Positions 11,401 through 19,510 of a stretch of DNA of 64,000 nucleotides are shown piece by piece; the stretch's first letter is position 1; each line of letters starts with the position of its first letter. The position numbers and the translations under genes are program-made. The stretch is taken from contig CAVSGM010000002.1 of assembly GCA_963727485.1 (NCBI GenBank), forward strand, positions 832,001-896,000, in the 5' to 3' direction. This stretch comes from an uncultured delta proteobacterium (GTDB lineage: Bacteria; Myxococcota; Myxococcia; SLRQ01). The notes below the pieces were generated by a model. The model worked only from the letters and a program-made list of their open reading frames with translations, was not told the DNA's origin and did no database searches.

Positions 11401-14400
11401 ACCCCCGCCGCCTCGTCCCAGGCAATCGTGGTCGAGAAGGTCACCGGTGAGGTCGTGTGTCCCTTGGTCACCGTGTACCAAGTGTGCCAGGGGTAGGCGT
11501 ACACCGAGGCCGAGGGGTTCGATGGGTTGTAGTAGGTCGTCTGGGTGGTCTTCCCAAGCGGGTCGACAACCTCGGTGACGTCGCCGTAGGTGTTGTAGGC
11601 GTACGTCGTGACCCGGGTTCGGTCGGCATCGCCCGCGTAACGAACGAGCTGGTCGTTCTCAATCGGGTCGCCGGTGACGCTTCCCGCGCAGAGGGAATTC
11701 GTCACGTAGTAGGTCGTTGTGAGGTTCTCGGCGTCGGTCGAGCAGCTCGAGTCGGCACAGTCCGGATAGAACTGCTCCGCCTGACACGGAAGGCCAACGG
11801 CCCAGGGCCCCCCGCTGGCAAGCTCGGCGTACCGATAGGCCGTCTCCGACCACGTCGGCCCCGTGACTGTCGGGTAGCTCCCCGCGGTGGGCGTGGGGAT
11901 GTGGCCGTACCGGACCTTGAGCGTCAGGTTTCCAACCGGAGGAGGAGTCGGCCCACCGAGGTTCGCCTCGTCGTAGTAGTAGGCCATCGCGGTCCAGAAT
12001 GGCTGGGTGCCCGAAAGGTCACCGCTCAGGGTCATTGTCTGGAGCGCCTGACCCGCTTCGGCGGGCAAGGTGCTCGGGTGCGATACCGACCATTCCGTCC
12101 AGTCATCTGTCTTCCACCAGCCAGGCTGGAGCGACCCACGATCCGGGCCAGTCCGAACCCGGATCTGGCGACCGGCGAGCGCGGGGTCATCCGCCATGGT
12201 GGTACCGTAGGGGTCGGTCAGCGACTCCTGCAGGTGCGCCGAGTCGTTGCCCACGAAGAACTGGTGGCGCGCGTAGCTCGCTGGATTTCCCAGCATGTTG
12301 CTGTACGACAGCGACTCCACCTCCTGGAAGCCACGGAACTGCCGCCTGACCGAGTCGAAGTAGGGCTTCTTGTACCCGTAGTCCGTGGTGATGATCGTCC
12401 CTTCCGAACCCGTCGACGAGAGCGGCACCAGGGCCAGGTTGTCTGTTCGGGAGATTCGAGCCACGGCCATGGTGGGGTGGCCGAGGTTTCCGGAGGTGAG
12501 CGTGAGCGCGCTGTACGCCTCAGGGCTGCCGGTCGGAGCCCCCGAGACGGGCCACATGCCACCCGTGAAATCCGGCTGGGTGGCGGTGTTCAGGGTGGGT
12601 GTCGTCAGGAAGCTCTGCGAGCCGGCCGAGTCGGCGTAGCTGCCGATGGTCGTGACCCCGCCGGAGGTCTCCGGGAGGTACTGGATGCTCTCGTGGCCCC
12701 CGTAGCCGTTGTTCACGTGGATGAGGAGCTCGTGGGACGGGTTCGACAGGTTCGTGTACACCTGCAGGTCACCGCCGACCTTGGGTTGCTGGACCACGTC
12801 GACCAGCCCGTCGGCGTTCATGTCCATGAGCTTGGTGATGCCGTAGTCGTCGCCCTGGATGGGGCCCTCGTTCAGGTCCTGGTTGGTGCTGACCCAGCCC
12901 AAGGGATACCCCGCGCTGACCGGACCCCTGCTCGCATCCCAGGTGATCGGGTTCTGGCTGAAGCCATGGCCCGTATTCACGTAGACCTTCCAGGTGCGGC
13001 TCATGTAGGCCATGTTCGGGTTGCAGTCGTTGGCAATCTGGGCATCGCTGGGACGGAACTGCGGCTGGATTGCCATGAGCTGCTTCTCGCAGATCTCCGT
13101 GTCGACGGCCCCGTTCGTCATCTCGTTCCCGACCACCCAGTCGGGAAGGCCATCGCCCGTGACGTCCACCAGAGCACCGGGCGCTCCACTCTCCTGGCCT
13201 GGCTGCTCCGCGACCAGCGGCGTACCAGTGTTTGTCAGCTGGCCCAAATCCGGCCCGAAGTTCGTGATTGTCTCCTTCTCAACACCGGTTCCGGTGCCAA
13301 GCAGGACGTAGCCCCCCTTGATCTCGTCCTCGAGCCCGTCGCCGTTGATGTCGACGAGCGTGGTGGACAGCGGATTGAGCCCCTGGACCTCGGAGGGCTC
13401 GCTCCACCGCTGGGCGCCCGCAAACCCCGCGACCGGAGAGTCGGGATTGCAGAGGCGGTTGCGGTGCCACCACGGGTTGTTCGAGCTGTCGAAGGTCATC
13501 AGGTCGGGGCAGCCGTCTCCGTTCAGGTCCTGCAGGATGGCGCTGGAGGCGTGGAGGTTGATCGGCGCATCCCAGCTCACCGCTTGGAAGTAGGACCCCG
13601 TGTTGATGTAGACGGTGGCGTGGGTGCCCGAGGTGGAGCCACGGCTGTCCAGCACATCGGGCAGGCCGTCTCCGTTCATGTCGACGACCATCACCTCGGC
13701 GTACTGCCGCCCGAAGTCGGTCGTTCTGAACGGCGTGGAGATGCCGGGGAACTGCACGGGAGTCGGCTGGAAGTCCCCGAGCCCGGTTCCGTAGTAGACG
13801 TCCCAGGGACACCCCGGGTTCGTGGCCTCGCACCTGGCGTCCACGAGGTCCGGGTACCCGTCTCCATTCATGTCGGCGAGCCCGATCCACTTCGTGACGC
13901 TCGGCGTGGACTCGTCCATGGTGTACGGGACGCCCAAAGGCAGGTGGATGACGGCCGAGCTGGTATCGAATCCACTCCCGCCGGCACCGTACCCGAAGGT
14001 CTCCTTCGGCAGGGAATCGCTGTCCGTCTTTCCGAGCAGTTGGAAAGAGTAGAGCAGGTAGATCCCGGTCTCTTGATCGAGCGTGTACCCCAGGGAGTAC
14101 TTGCGAACGCGAGTGCCGCCGGCGTCGACCTCGATGTCGTAGGCGTAGCGACCCGTGACCTGGGGGAACCCAAGGCGATTGGTCACGCCAAGGTAGGAGG
14201 TACCCCACGTGATCTGCACGGTGCGAAGGGGACCGACCGCCGTGCCGTTCTGATAGGTGTAGTGGATCTGAACGGGCACGGGGACCCGGGGGATCGACTG
14301 TCCGCCATAGGACACCGGTGTCGCATCATAGGTGACCCGCCAGGAGAGACCATGGGTGTCCGTGGTCTCGTACTGGAGGTACTGCATGGTGACGGCGCTA

Positions 14401-14990
14401 CCGTTGTTCGGGTTCGTTCCCTCAACCCGGCTGTTGGCATTGAAGCCGTAGGTCGTGTAGGTCCCGTCCTTCTCCGTGACCGTCCAGTAGTCCTGCGAGG
14501 CGCAGTAGAGGATGCGCTCGAAGGTGTCCGACTCGGCGTAGTAGCGCAGCGCCGAGCAGCCGTAGGGGTCGTACTCGTAGTCCGAGGTCTCGGGATAGAG
14601 GCGAACGCCGTCATACTCATAGATGACGGCGGTGCCGGTCGACCCAAGGGCCTTGTCCACGCCATAGCGGAGCGACCTGGTGATCCGCGACAGACCCAGC
14701 GACCAGCCCTTGCCGAACCCGCTGTCCCCCGCGCCACTCGAGTACTGCAGCGCAAGCGTCGGCGTGAACCCGGCGGTGCCCTTGGGAAGCTCGATTGGGA
14801 GGCTTAGGTGCTCCTGGCCGGTGAACAACGAAGGGCCGTCGGTGGCCGTCTTGAGCCCCTGGAGCTCCGTGGGGAGCCGAACGGCGTCGGGAAGCCCGCT
14901 GTAGGTGGCGCTCGCCGTCTCCGGAACGCTGAGGCTTGCGATCGCCAGGACGCAGACGGCAAGCAGATTCACACGGATGGACTGTCGCAT
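8496..14990 (-). CDS. SpvB/TcB-like + FG-GAP + RHS/YD-repeat polymorphic toxin, Sec signal peptide, C-terminal His-rich HNH-like domain (2164 aa)
   Basis: ATG 14990 with GAGGAG RBS; signal MRQSIRVNLLAVCVLAIASLSVPETASA; LALQYSSGAGDSGFGKGWSL; six DxNGDG-type repeats; YD repeats; core end NPYAYADFNPIFYKDPSG. Confidence 0.92.
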   Translation of the reverse strand: MRQSIRVNLLAVCVLAIASLSVPETASATYSGLPDAVRLPTELQGLKTATDGPSLFTGQEHLSLPIELPKGTAGFTPTLALQYSSGAGDSGFGKGWSLGLSRITRSLRYGVDKALGSTGTAVIYEYDGVRLYPETSDYEYDPYGCSALRYYAESDTFERILYCASQDYWTVTEKDGTYTTYGFNANSRVEGTNPNNGSAVTMQYLQYETTDTHGLSWRVTYDATPVSYGGQSIPRVPVPVQIHYTYQNGTAVGPLRTVQITWGTSYLGVTNRLGFPQVTGRYAYDIEVDAGGTRVRKYSLGYTLDQETGIYLLYSFQLLGKTDSDSLPKETFGYGAGGSGFDTSSAVIHLPLGVPYTMDESTPSVTKWIGLADMNGDGYPDLVDARCEATNPGCPWDVYYGTGLGDFQPTPVQFPGISTPFRTTDFGRQYAEVMVVDMNGDGLPDVLDSRGSTSGTHATVYINTGSYFQAVSWDAPINLHASSAILQDLNGDGCPDLMTFDSSNNPWWHRNRLCNPDSPVAGFAGAQRWSEPSEVQGLNPLSTTLVDINGDGLEDEIKGGYVLLGTGTGVEKETITNFGPDLGQLTNTGTPLVAEQPGQESGAPGALVDVTGDGLPDWVVGNEMTNGAVDTEICEKQLMAIQPQFRPSDAQIANDCNPNMAYMSRTWKVYVNTGHGFSQNPITWDASRGPVSAGYPLGWVSTNQDLNEGPIQGDDYGITKLMDMNADGLVDVVQQPKVGGDLQVYTNLSNPSHELLIHVNNGYGGHESIQYLPETSGGVTTIGSYADSAGSQSFLTTPTLNTATQPDFTGGMWPVSGAPTGSPEAYSALTLTSGNLGHPTMAVARISRTDNLALVPLSSTGSEGTIITTDYGYKKPYFDSVRRQFRGFQEVESLSYSNMLGNPASYARHQFFVGNDSAHLQESLTDPYGTTMADDPALAGRQIRVRTGPDRGSLQPGWWKTDDWTEWSVSHPSTLPAEAGQALQTMTLSGDLSGTQPFWTAMAYYYDEANLGGPTPPPVGNLTLKVRYGHIPTPTAGSYPTVTGPTWSETAYRYAELASGGPWAVGLPCQAEQFYPDCADSSCSTDAENLTTTYYVTNSLCAGSVTGDPIENDQLVRYAGDADRTRVTTYAYNTYGDVTEVVDPLGKTTQTTYYNPSNPSASVYAYPWHTWYTVTKGHTTSPVTFSTTIAWDEAAGVPLEVASPSGRVVLPFYDGLSRLKTVESTPPFDTNGTPELLVEMSYGTSGTWSNLSGNYIEEIDHFGTGSGDTVEARTYFDGFGRPVEHVKQRTATDWVVTESAYSRAKQPVVTTLPATTSSDAYVPGLHNMWDGGAALPLKVDDRDWRGRSTWTVLVEGGAGYYGTSHQYSGVTEVTTNPRGFETETVRDGRGNVVQRVEHYSSGPTETTTYGYDGANRLRFIHDPAGNAWTYDYDNLGELRQLSDPDRGARSYTYDLGGKVATKTDARGYVTSYTRDELGRVLTKSYACNGCGAPSISNTYDTGGWGLGKIATAALSDGSAERDFYYDTWGRLIDRGEVRGSSTWWFGPAYDLMGRETQLYYPAGDTVTYGRDKAGLVTDIQYDSQYVVGSASAPGVTYDAMGRARDIDWGNGEVTTRSIGPREKVSELKLDAPTPNGTTMDLSYQYDDDGNPSTVTAAMAGWTRSYTYDWDDRLIGATHKQGSTVTKTWTWSFDDQNRMASSSDYVNSFGTGTYSYGNPAPHQLTRIGTSGLFTYDADGNVTTDGSTGATYTYDVENRVATATGPSAGTGFTFHYGPQGGRIRKTGTVGYGSQWVDYYGPELETSYVGSAFHTDRYVLWGGQRIVKVHDGELVYLHPDVEGSVSVYSSSAGIPLERRTYAPYGSLYPAPTGSTLTFTPRYGYAGSEEDHNLGLLHLGPREDSTSLGLMLQPDPLGPQGRSPKELNPYAYADFNPIFYKDPSGYLPDWVSESIGIAVGTLAALTPVVGPIAAAVEHNPNKAYARGKAIGLGATGLTEMAAGAGGDGVAVAIGGGGAVPTGGASAVPALVIAVPSTAVVAQGALSVVSAYINYQKSVAGTDGGNAHGTGDHAPSSRAARRNSMRKNNTPTSRSATSQSGADGQRQTIVDGSDGKPRVQTQHAPDQTHSDPHWHDGTPKVDDDGQPRLNAHGQVKDQNQGRTTTSYDR

Positions 14991-15259
14991 GGGGCTCCTC
15001 CCAGCCTTTCGGACGCGAAGCTCGACCCGAGACCATCCGTTCGCCGATGTGGACGCAATGGAGCGCCTGGCGGTAAGGCTGGTAGGGCAAATGATATGGG
15101 TGGTGCACCCTAGCATGCCCCCCCCGAAACACACGGCTCGTCACAGAATTGTTTTCGTTTTCCCGTGTTCCTGTAATTCATCCAGTGTCAGTGGAATGGT
15201 CGTCTCCTTCTTCGGTTCGTGACGGTCCGAGAGCCGCTTTCCCTATGCGCCCACCCCCA

Positions 15260-15383
15260 GGGGCCGTGGTGGAAGGTGAAGCCCTTGCCAGCTGACGGGC
15301 TGGTCGCCGGGGCGACCCGGTCCTCCACGCCGTCCCTGTAGGCCGTCCCGGTACGCCCGTTGGCGGTGCCGTTCCCGGAGGCG
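15260..15383 (-). repeat. Diverged copy of Rhs core segment 9663..9786
   Basis: Ungapped manual alignment, about 103/124 identical. Confidence 0.85.
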
Positions 15384-15397
15384 GTTCGGTCCTGACC

Positions 15398-15769
15398 CTA
15401 CCGCCGAACGAAGAGGTACCAGGGCTTGCGGATCAAGCGGTACTTGGTCTGGCCTCGTTCGAGCGTCACGTGCCCAGAGTCGAGGGGTGCCAGCAGCCTC
15501 TTCGACCACGCGTAGCCCTTCTGGGTCATGCTGCCTGCGAACCCTGCTTCAACCACCGTGAAGAGCACCGTGCCGTCCTCCATCACCGTGAAGCCCTCGA
15601 GGCCGGCTGCCTGCTGCTCGTGGAGTATCTTCTCCACGGCGGCTGCGGGTACGGGCTTGGACGCCTTCACCTGGTGCCGGCCGAGGACCGAGTACTCGAT
15701 GTCGTAGTTCCGGGACAGGGACAGGAGAGCGCGAAGCGCTGGCTCTCGCTTCGCCATGGTCCGCATCAT
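15398..15769 (-). CDS. Hypothetical protein
   Basis: ATGA-coupled to upstream ORF; C-terminal KGYAWS...YRLIRKPWYLF. Confidence 0.55.
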   Translation of the reverse strand: MMRTMAKREPALRALLSLSRNYDIEYSVLGRHQVKASKPVPAAAVEKILHEQQAAGLEGFTVMEDGTVLFTVVEAGFAGSMTQKGYAWSKRLLAPLDSGHVTLERGQTKYRLIRKPWYLFVRR

Positions 15770-15954
15770 CCCCGCGCCAACGATATCACCGTGATCTCGG
15801 GCCGCACATCGAAGCGCACCAGCAGGCCGGCAATGGGGATGCGCCGGTGCACGACCTCGAGATCGTGCAGCTCGTAGTCGTGGCCGTAGACGTAGAGGCC
15901 GAGCCCGCTGGCGGCGAGGGTGCCGGTCACCCGGAGGAACTGGCGGCGGTTCAC
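15766..15954 (-). pseudogene. Internally deleted YkuE-like metallophosphoesterase remnant (62 aa)
   Basis: Twin-Arg start RRQFL...LEVVHRRIPIAGL joined directly to C-terminal RFDVRPEITVISL; no metal-binding motifs. Confidence 0.6.
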
Positions 15955-17598
15955 GGCCCCAGGTCGGGCACCGCCTCCGGCACCTCGCCGAGCTCCTCGC
16001 CGAGGAACTCGCGCACCTTCTCCGCCGGCAGCCGCACCTTGATGGCCCACACGTAGACCACCAGCGAGAGCACGAAGAGCGCCACGAACCCGCTCCCGAA
16101 GCCGAGCCACCCCAGCCCGTGCCCGAAGCTCCCGACGTAGGAGAGCCCCGCGAGCCCGATCAGCCAGGGGAACACCCAGCTCCCGGCCTTCCACTGGTAG
16201 CCCTCGCGGCTCCCGCTGATCACGTGCTGCACCCCGAGGAGCACGAAGCCGAGGCCCACCGCGGCGAAGAGCTTCCAGTTGATGTCCCACCCGGTCCAGT
16301 AGACGATCAGGTTCGAGGACCAGAAGGCGATGAAGGGGATGACGTCGCCAAACGGCACCCGGAACGGGCGCTTCTGCTCCGGAAGCTCCCGGCGCAGGGC
16401 GCCCATCACCAGCGGCCCGGAGCCAAAGGAGAGCACCGCCGCCGAGGTGATGAAGCCCACCAGGTGCTGCCACCCGGGGAACGGCAGGAAGAAGATGAGC
16501 CCCACCGCAAACGCCAGGATGAGGCTGGTCCAGGGCACGCCGTTCTTGTTGAGCTTCGCCAGGCCCTCCGGCGCGTTGCCGTTCTTCGACATCGCGTAGG
16601 ACAGCCGCGCGGTGACCGTGGTGTAGATGAGGCCCGTGTCCGCCGGGGAGACGATGGCGTCGAAGTAGAGCAGCGCCGCCAGCCAGCCGATCCCCAGGAT
16701 CTCCGCGAGGCCCGCCAGCGGCCCGTAGTCGTTGGCGAACTGCAGCTTGCTCCACCCGTGGGCGAGCGAGCTCATGGGCAGGGCCCCGATGAACGCCGCC
16801 TGGAGCAGGACGTAGATGATCCCGGTGATGACCACCGAGCCGATGACCGCGATGGGCACCGCCCGGTGCGGGTCCTTGCTCTCGCCGGCGAGCTCCACCC
16901 CCTGGCGGAAGCCCAGGTAGCTGAACACGATGCCCGAGGTGGCGATCGACGAGAACACCCCGTGCCACCCCAAAGGCGTGAACCCGCCGTGGGCCACGAA
17001 GTGGTGGGGCACGAACTCGACCACCATCAGCACCACGATCACCAGGGTGATGATGAACAGCTTCCACCAGACGATGAGGGTGTTGAACCGGGCGAACCAC
17101 TTCACCCCGTAGAAGTTCACGGCGACGAAGATCGCCATCATCACCACCGCCACCGCGTAGCCGCCGGGCGCCAGCACCGGGACCCCGTTCACCTTGTGGG
17201 TGAGCCAGGGGAGGTAGTTGGTGGCGTACTGGAGCGCCGCCTCCACCTCGATGGGCGCCACCGACGCCGCGGCGAGCCAGTTGATCCACCCGGCGGTGTA
17301 GGAGGCGAAGCCCCCGAAGCCGAAGTGCGGGTAGCGCACCACCCCGCCGGAGACCGGGAACATCGCGCCGAGCTCCGCGTAGGCCAGCGCGATGAACAGG
17401 ATCATCAGGGCCCCGAGGCCCCAGGACACGACGGCCGCGGGGCCGGCGTCCCGGGCGGCGTACCAGGCCCCGAAGAGCCAGCCGGAGCCGATGATCGACC
17501 CCACGCTGGCGAAGAGGAGGCCGACGAGGCCGATGTCGCGGCGCAGCTCGCCGTGGGATTCCGGCCGCTGCGCTGTCCTGGGTGCTCGGGTCTGCCAT
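15951..17598 (-). CDS. APC-family amino acid permease (apparent frameshift ~17560 near the start)
   Basis: LRRDIGLVGLLFASVGSIIGSGWLFG, YAELGAMFPVSGG, FSYLGF, ELAGESKDP; many TM helices; ATG 17598 has GGAGG RBS. Confidence 0.9.
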
Positions 17599-17679
17599 GC
17601 GATCCCTCCGGGGCTGGGGCACAAACCCCGGGGGTATAGCAGCAGGCCCGCCCAGGACCCAAGGGGACGGCGACGAAGA

Positions 17680-17841
17680 TCAGGTCCGGGCGTCGCCGCC
17701 TTCGTCCGCCGCGTCGTCGTCGCCACCGCCGGACTCGGTGGTCACCAGCTTGTAGAAGCACCAGAAGGTGAGCCCGCCGACCACCGTCCACGCGGCGATC
17801 ATGAAGGCCCAGCCCACCCGGGTCATGACGATGTGCTCCAT
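17680..17841 (-). CDS. 53-aa single-TM protein, MetS-like small subunit of NSS transporter
   Basis: MEHIVMTRVGWAFMIAAWTVVGGLTFWCFYKLV + acidic tail; AGGAG RBS, 9 bp after NSS stop; below ORF-track cutoff. Confidence 0.7.
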   Translation of the reverse strand: MEHIVMTRVGWAFMIAAWTVVGGLTFWCFYKLVTTESGGGDDDAADEGGDART

Positions 17842-17850
17842 GGCGGTCTC

Positions 17851-19449
17851 CTAGCCCTTCGGGGCCTTGGCGGCGCTCGCGGGGTCCTGGGCCTCCCGGC
17901 GCTTCCACGCCGTGCGGACCAGGAACAGGAGCAGCACGAAGATCCCGAGCATCATCGCCCGGGCGCCCCACACCCAGTGGAGGTCCCGCTGCGGCACCCC
18001 CCGGGCCAGCAGCGTCGGCCACGCCTCCTGGTAGCCCCACACCCCCAGGAGCACCACCAGGAACAGCGGCGTCACGTACTTGATGATGTACTTGAAGATC
18101 CCTGGGACCTTGATGTTCGCCCCGGTGTTGATCTCCTTCCAGCCGTTCTCGATCCCGAACACCCAGCCGAAGATCACCGTCTCCAAGAGCGCGAAGACCA
18201 CCACCAGGAAGGTCCCGGACCAGAAGTCCATCTGGTCCATGAACGGGGTGTGGCCGCCGGGCGTGCCGAAGACCACCGGCTGGGCGGCGAGGAACACGAA
18301 GCCCCAGATGAGCGCCACCGCCTTGTGCCGGCCGATGCCGAACTCGTCCTCGAGGAAGGCCACCGCCGGCTGGGTCAACGCCACCGACGAGGTGATCCCC
18401 GCGAAGAAGAGGAGCGCGAACCAGAGCGTCCCGAAGAAGCCGCCCCCCAGCAGGTGCTGGAAGATGAAGGGCATGGACACGAAGCCCAGGCTGAAGCTCC
18501 CGCCGGCGGCGATCTTGGTGGTGGCCATGGGCCCGAAGAAGGCAAAGGCGATGGGGATGGCCAAGGACCCCCCGAGGATGACCTCGGCGAACTCGTTGGT
18601 CATCGCCGTGGTGAGCCCGGTCAGCGCCACGTCGTCCTTCTCGCGCAGGTAGCTGGCGTAGGTCTGGATCGCCCCGAAGCCGATGGACAAGGTGAAGAAC
18701 ACCTGGCCGGTGGCTGCCAGCCACACCTTGGCGTCGGCGAGCTTCCCGAGCTGCGGGTCCCAGATGAACCCCAGGCCGTTGACCACCGTCCAGTCCGGGT
18801 GGGCGGGCACCTGCGCCGGCAGGGTGAACGCCCGGATCACCAGGATGAAGGCGAACACGAAGAGCACCGGCATGGCGATCTTCGCCAGCCGCTCGATGCC
18901 CTGGCTGATGCCGTTGTACATCACGTACATGTTCAGGGCGATGGTGAGCAGGAAGAACACGTAGCTCTTGAGCACGTGCCCCTCGGGGTAGGCGATGAAG
19001 TTGTGGAGGAACTTCGCCATCCCGCTGGTGGCCGCCGCCCCGCTGCCCCCCGCCGCCGCGGCCGCCTGGTGCAGGCTCCCGGTCAGGGAGAACCAGGCGT
19101 AGCCCATCGTCCAGCTCTCGACGTAGGTGTAGTAGATGGTCACGCACAGGGGGATGAAGATCCCGAGTGCGCCGACGTACTTGGCCACCGGGTGCTTCCA
19201 CATCGCCTGGAACATCCCCGGCGTGGTGCCGTGGCCCCTCACGCCGCCGAAGCGGCCCATGGCCCACTCCAGCCACATCAGCGGCACCGCCAGGAGCACC
19301 ATGGCGATGACGTAGGGGATCATGAACGCCCCGCCGCCGTTCTGCGCCGCCTGGACCGGGAAGCGCAGGAAGTTGCCCAGGCCCACGGCGTTGCCCGCCA
19401 TGGCCAGGACCAGCCCGATCCGCGTCCCCCAACGCTGCCTGTTGCTCAC
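17851..19449 (-). CDS. Sodium-dependent transporter, NSS/SNF family (LeuT-like)
   Basis: WGTRIGLVLAMAGNAVGLGNFLRFPVQAAQNGGGAFMIPY, GQVFFTLSIGFG, LLFFAGITSS. Confidence 0.95.
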   Translation of the reverse strand: MSNRQRWGTRIGLVLAMAGNAVGLGNFLRFPVQAAQNGGGAFMIPYVIAMVLLAVPLMWLEWAMGRFGGVRGHGTTPGMFQAMWKHPVAKYVGALGIFIPLCVTIYYTYVESWTMGYAWFSLTGSLHQAAAAAGGSGAAATSGMAKFLHNFIAYPEGHVLKSYVFFLLTIALNMYVMYNGISQGIERLAKIAMPVLFVFAFILVIRAFTLPAQVPAHPDWTVVNGLGFIWDPQLGKLADAKVWLAATGQVFFTLSIGFGAIQTYASYLREKDDVALTGLTTAMTNEFAEVILGGSLAIPIAFAFFGPMATTKIAAGGSFSLGFVSMPFIFQHLLGGGFFGTLWFALLFFAGITSSVALTQPAVAFLEDEFGIGRHKAVALIWGFVFLAAQPVVFGTPGGHTPFMDQMDFWSGTFLVVVFALLETVIFGWVFGIENGWKEINTGANIKVPGIFKYIIKYVTPLFLVVLLGVWGYQEAWPTLLARGVPQRDLHWVWGARAMMLGIFVLLLFLVRTAWKRREAQDPASAAKAPKG

Positions 19450-19510
19450 GGTGCCCTCCCAGATACCGCGTGGCTCGCGAGGGAGCCTAGCAGACGGGCC
19501 GGCGCGCCCG

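Noticed and set aside
11457..14807. Very long opposite-strand or alternate-frame ORFs (also 17392..19524, 37212..40649, 45875..48571 and others)
   Set aside because: Shadow ORFs expected in very high-GC DNA; Arg/Gly/Pro-rich, without motifs, overlapping well-supported genes
14991..15134. ORF-track N-terminal extension of the Rhs protein, or a riboswitch in its leader
   Set aside because: ATG 14990 has a strong RBS and starts a signal peptide; no riboswitch consensus was recognisable
15260..15383. Diversity-generating retroelement template/variable repeat pair with 9663..9786
   Set aside because: The 21 mismatches involve all four bases rather than only adenines, the target is not at the gene 3' end, and no reverse transcriptase is in the window
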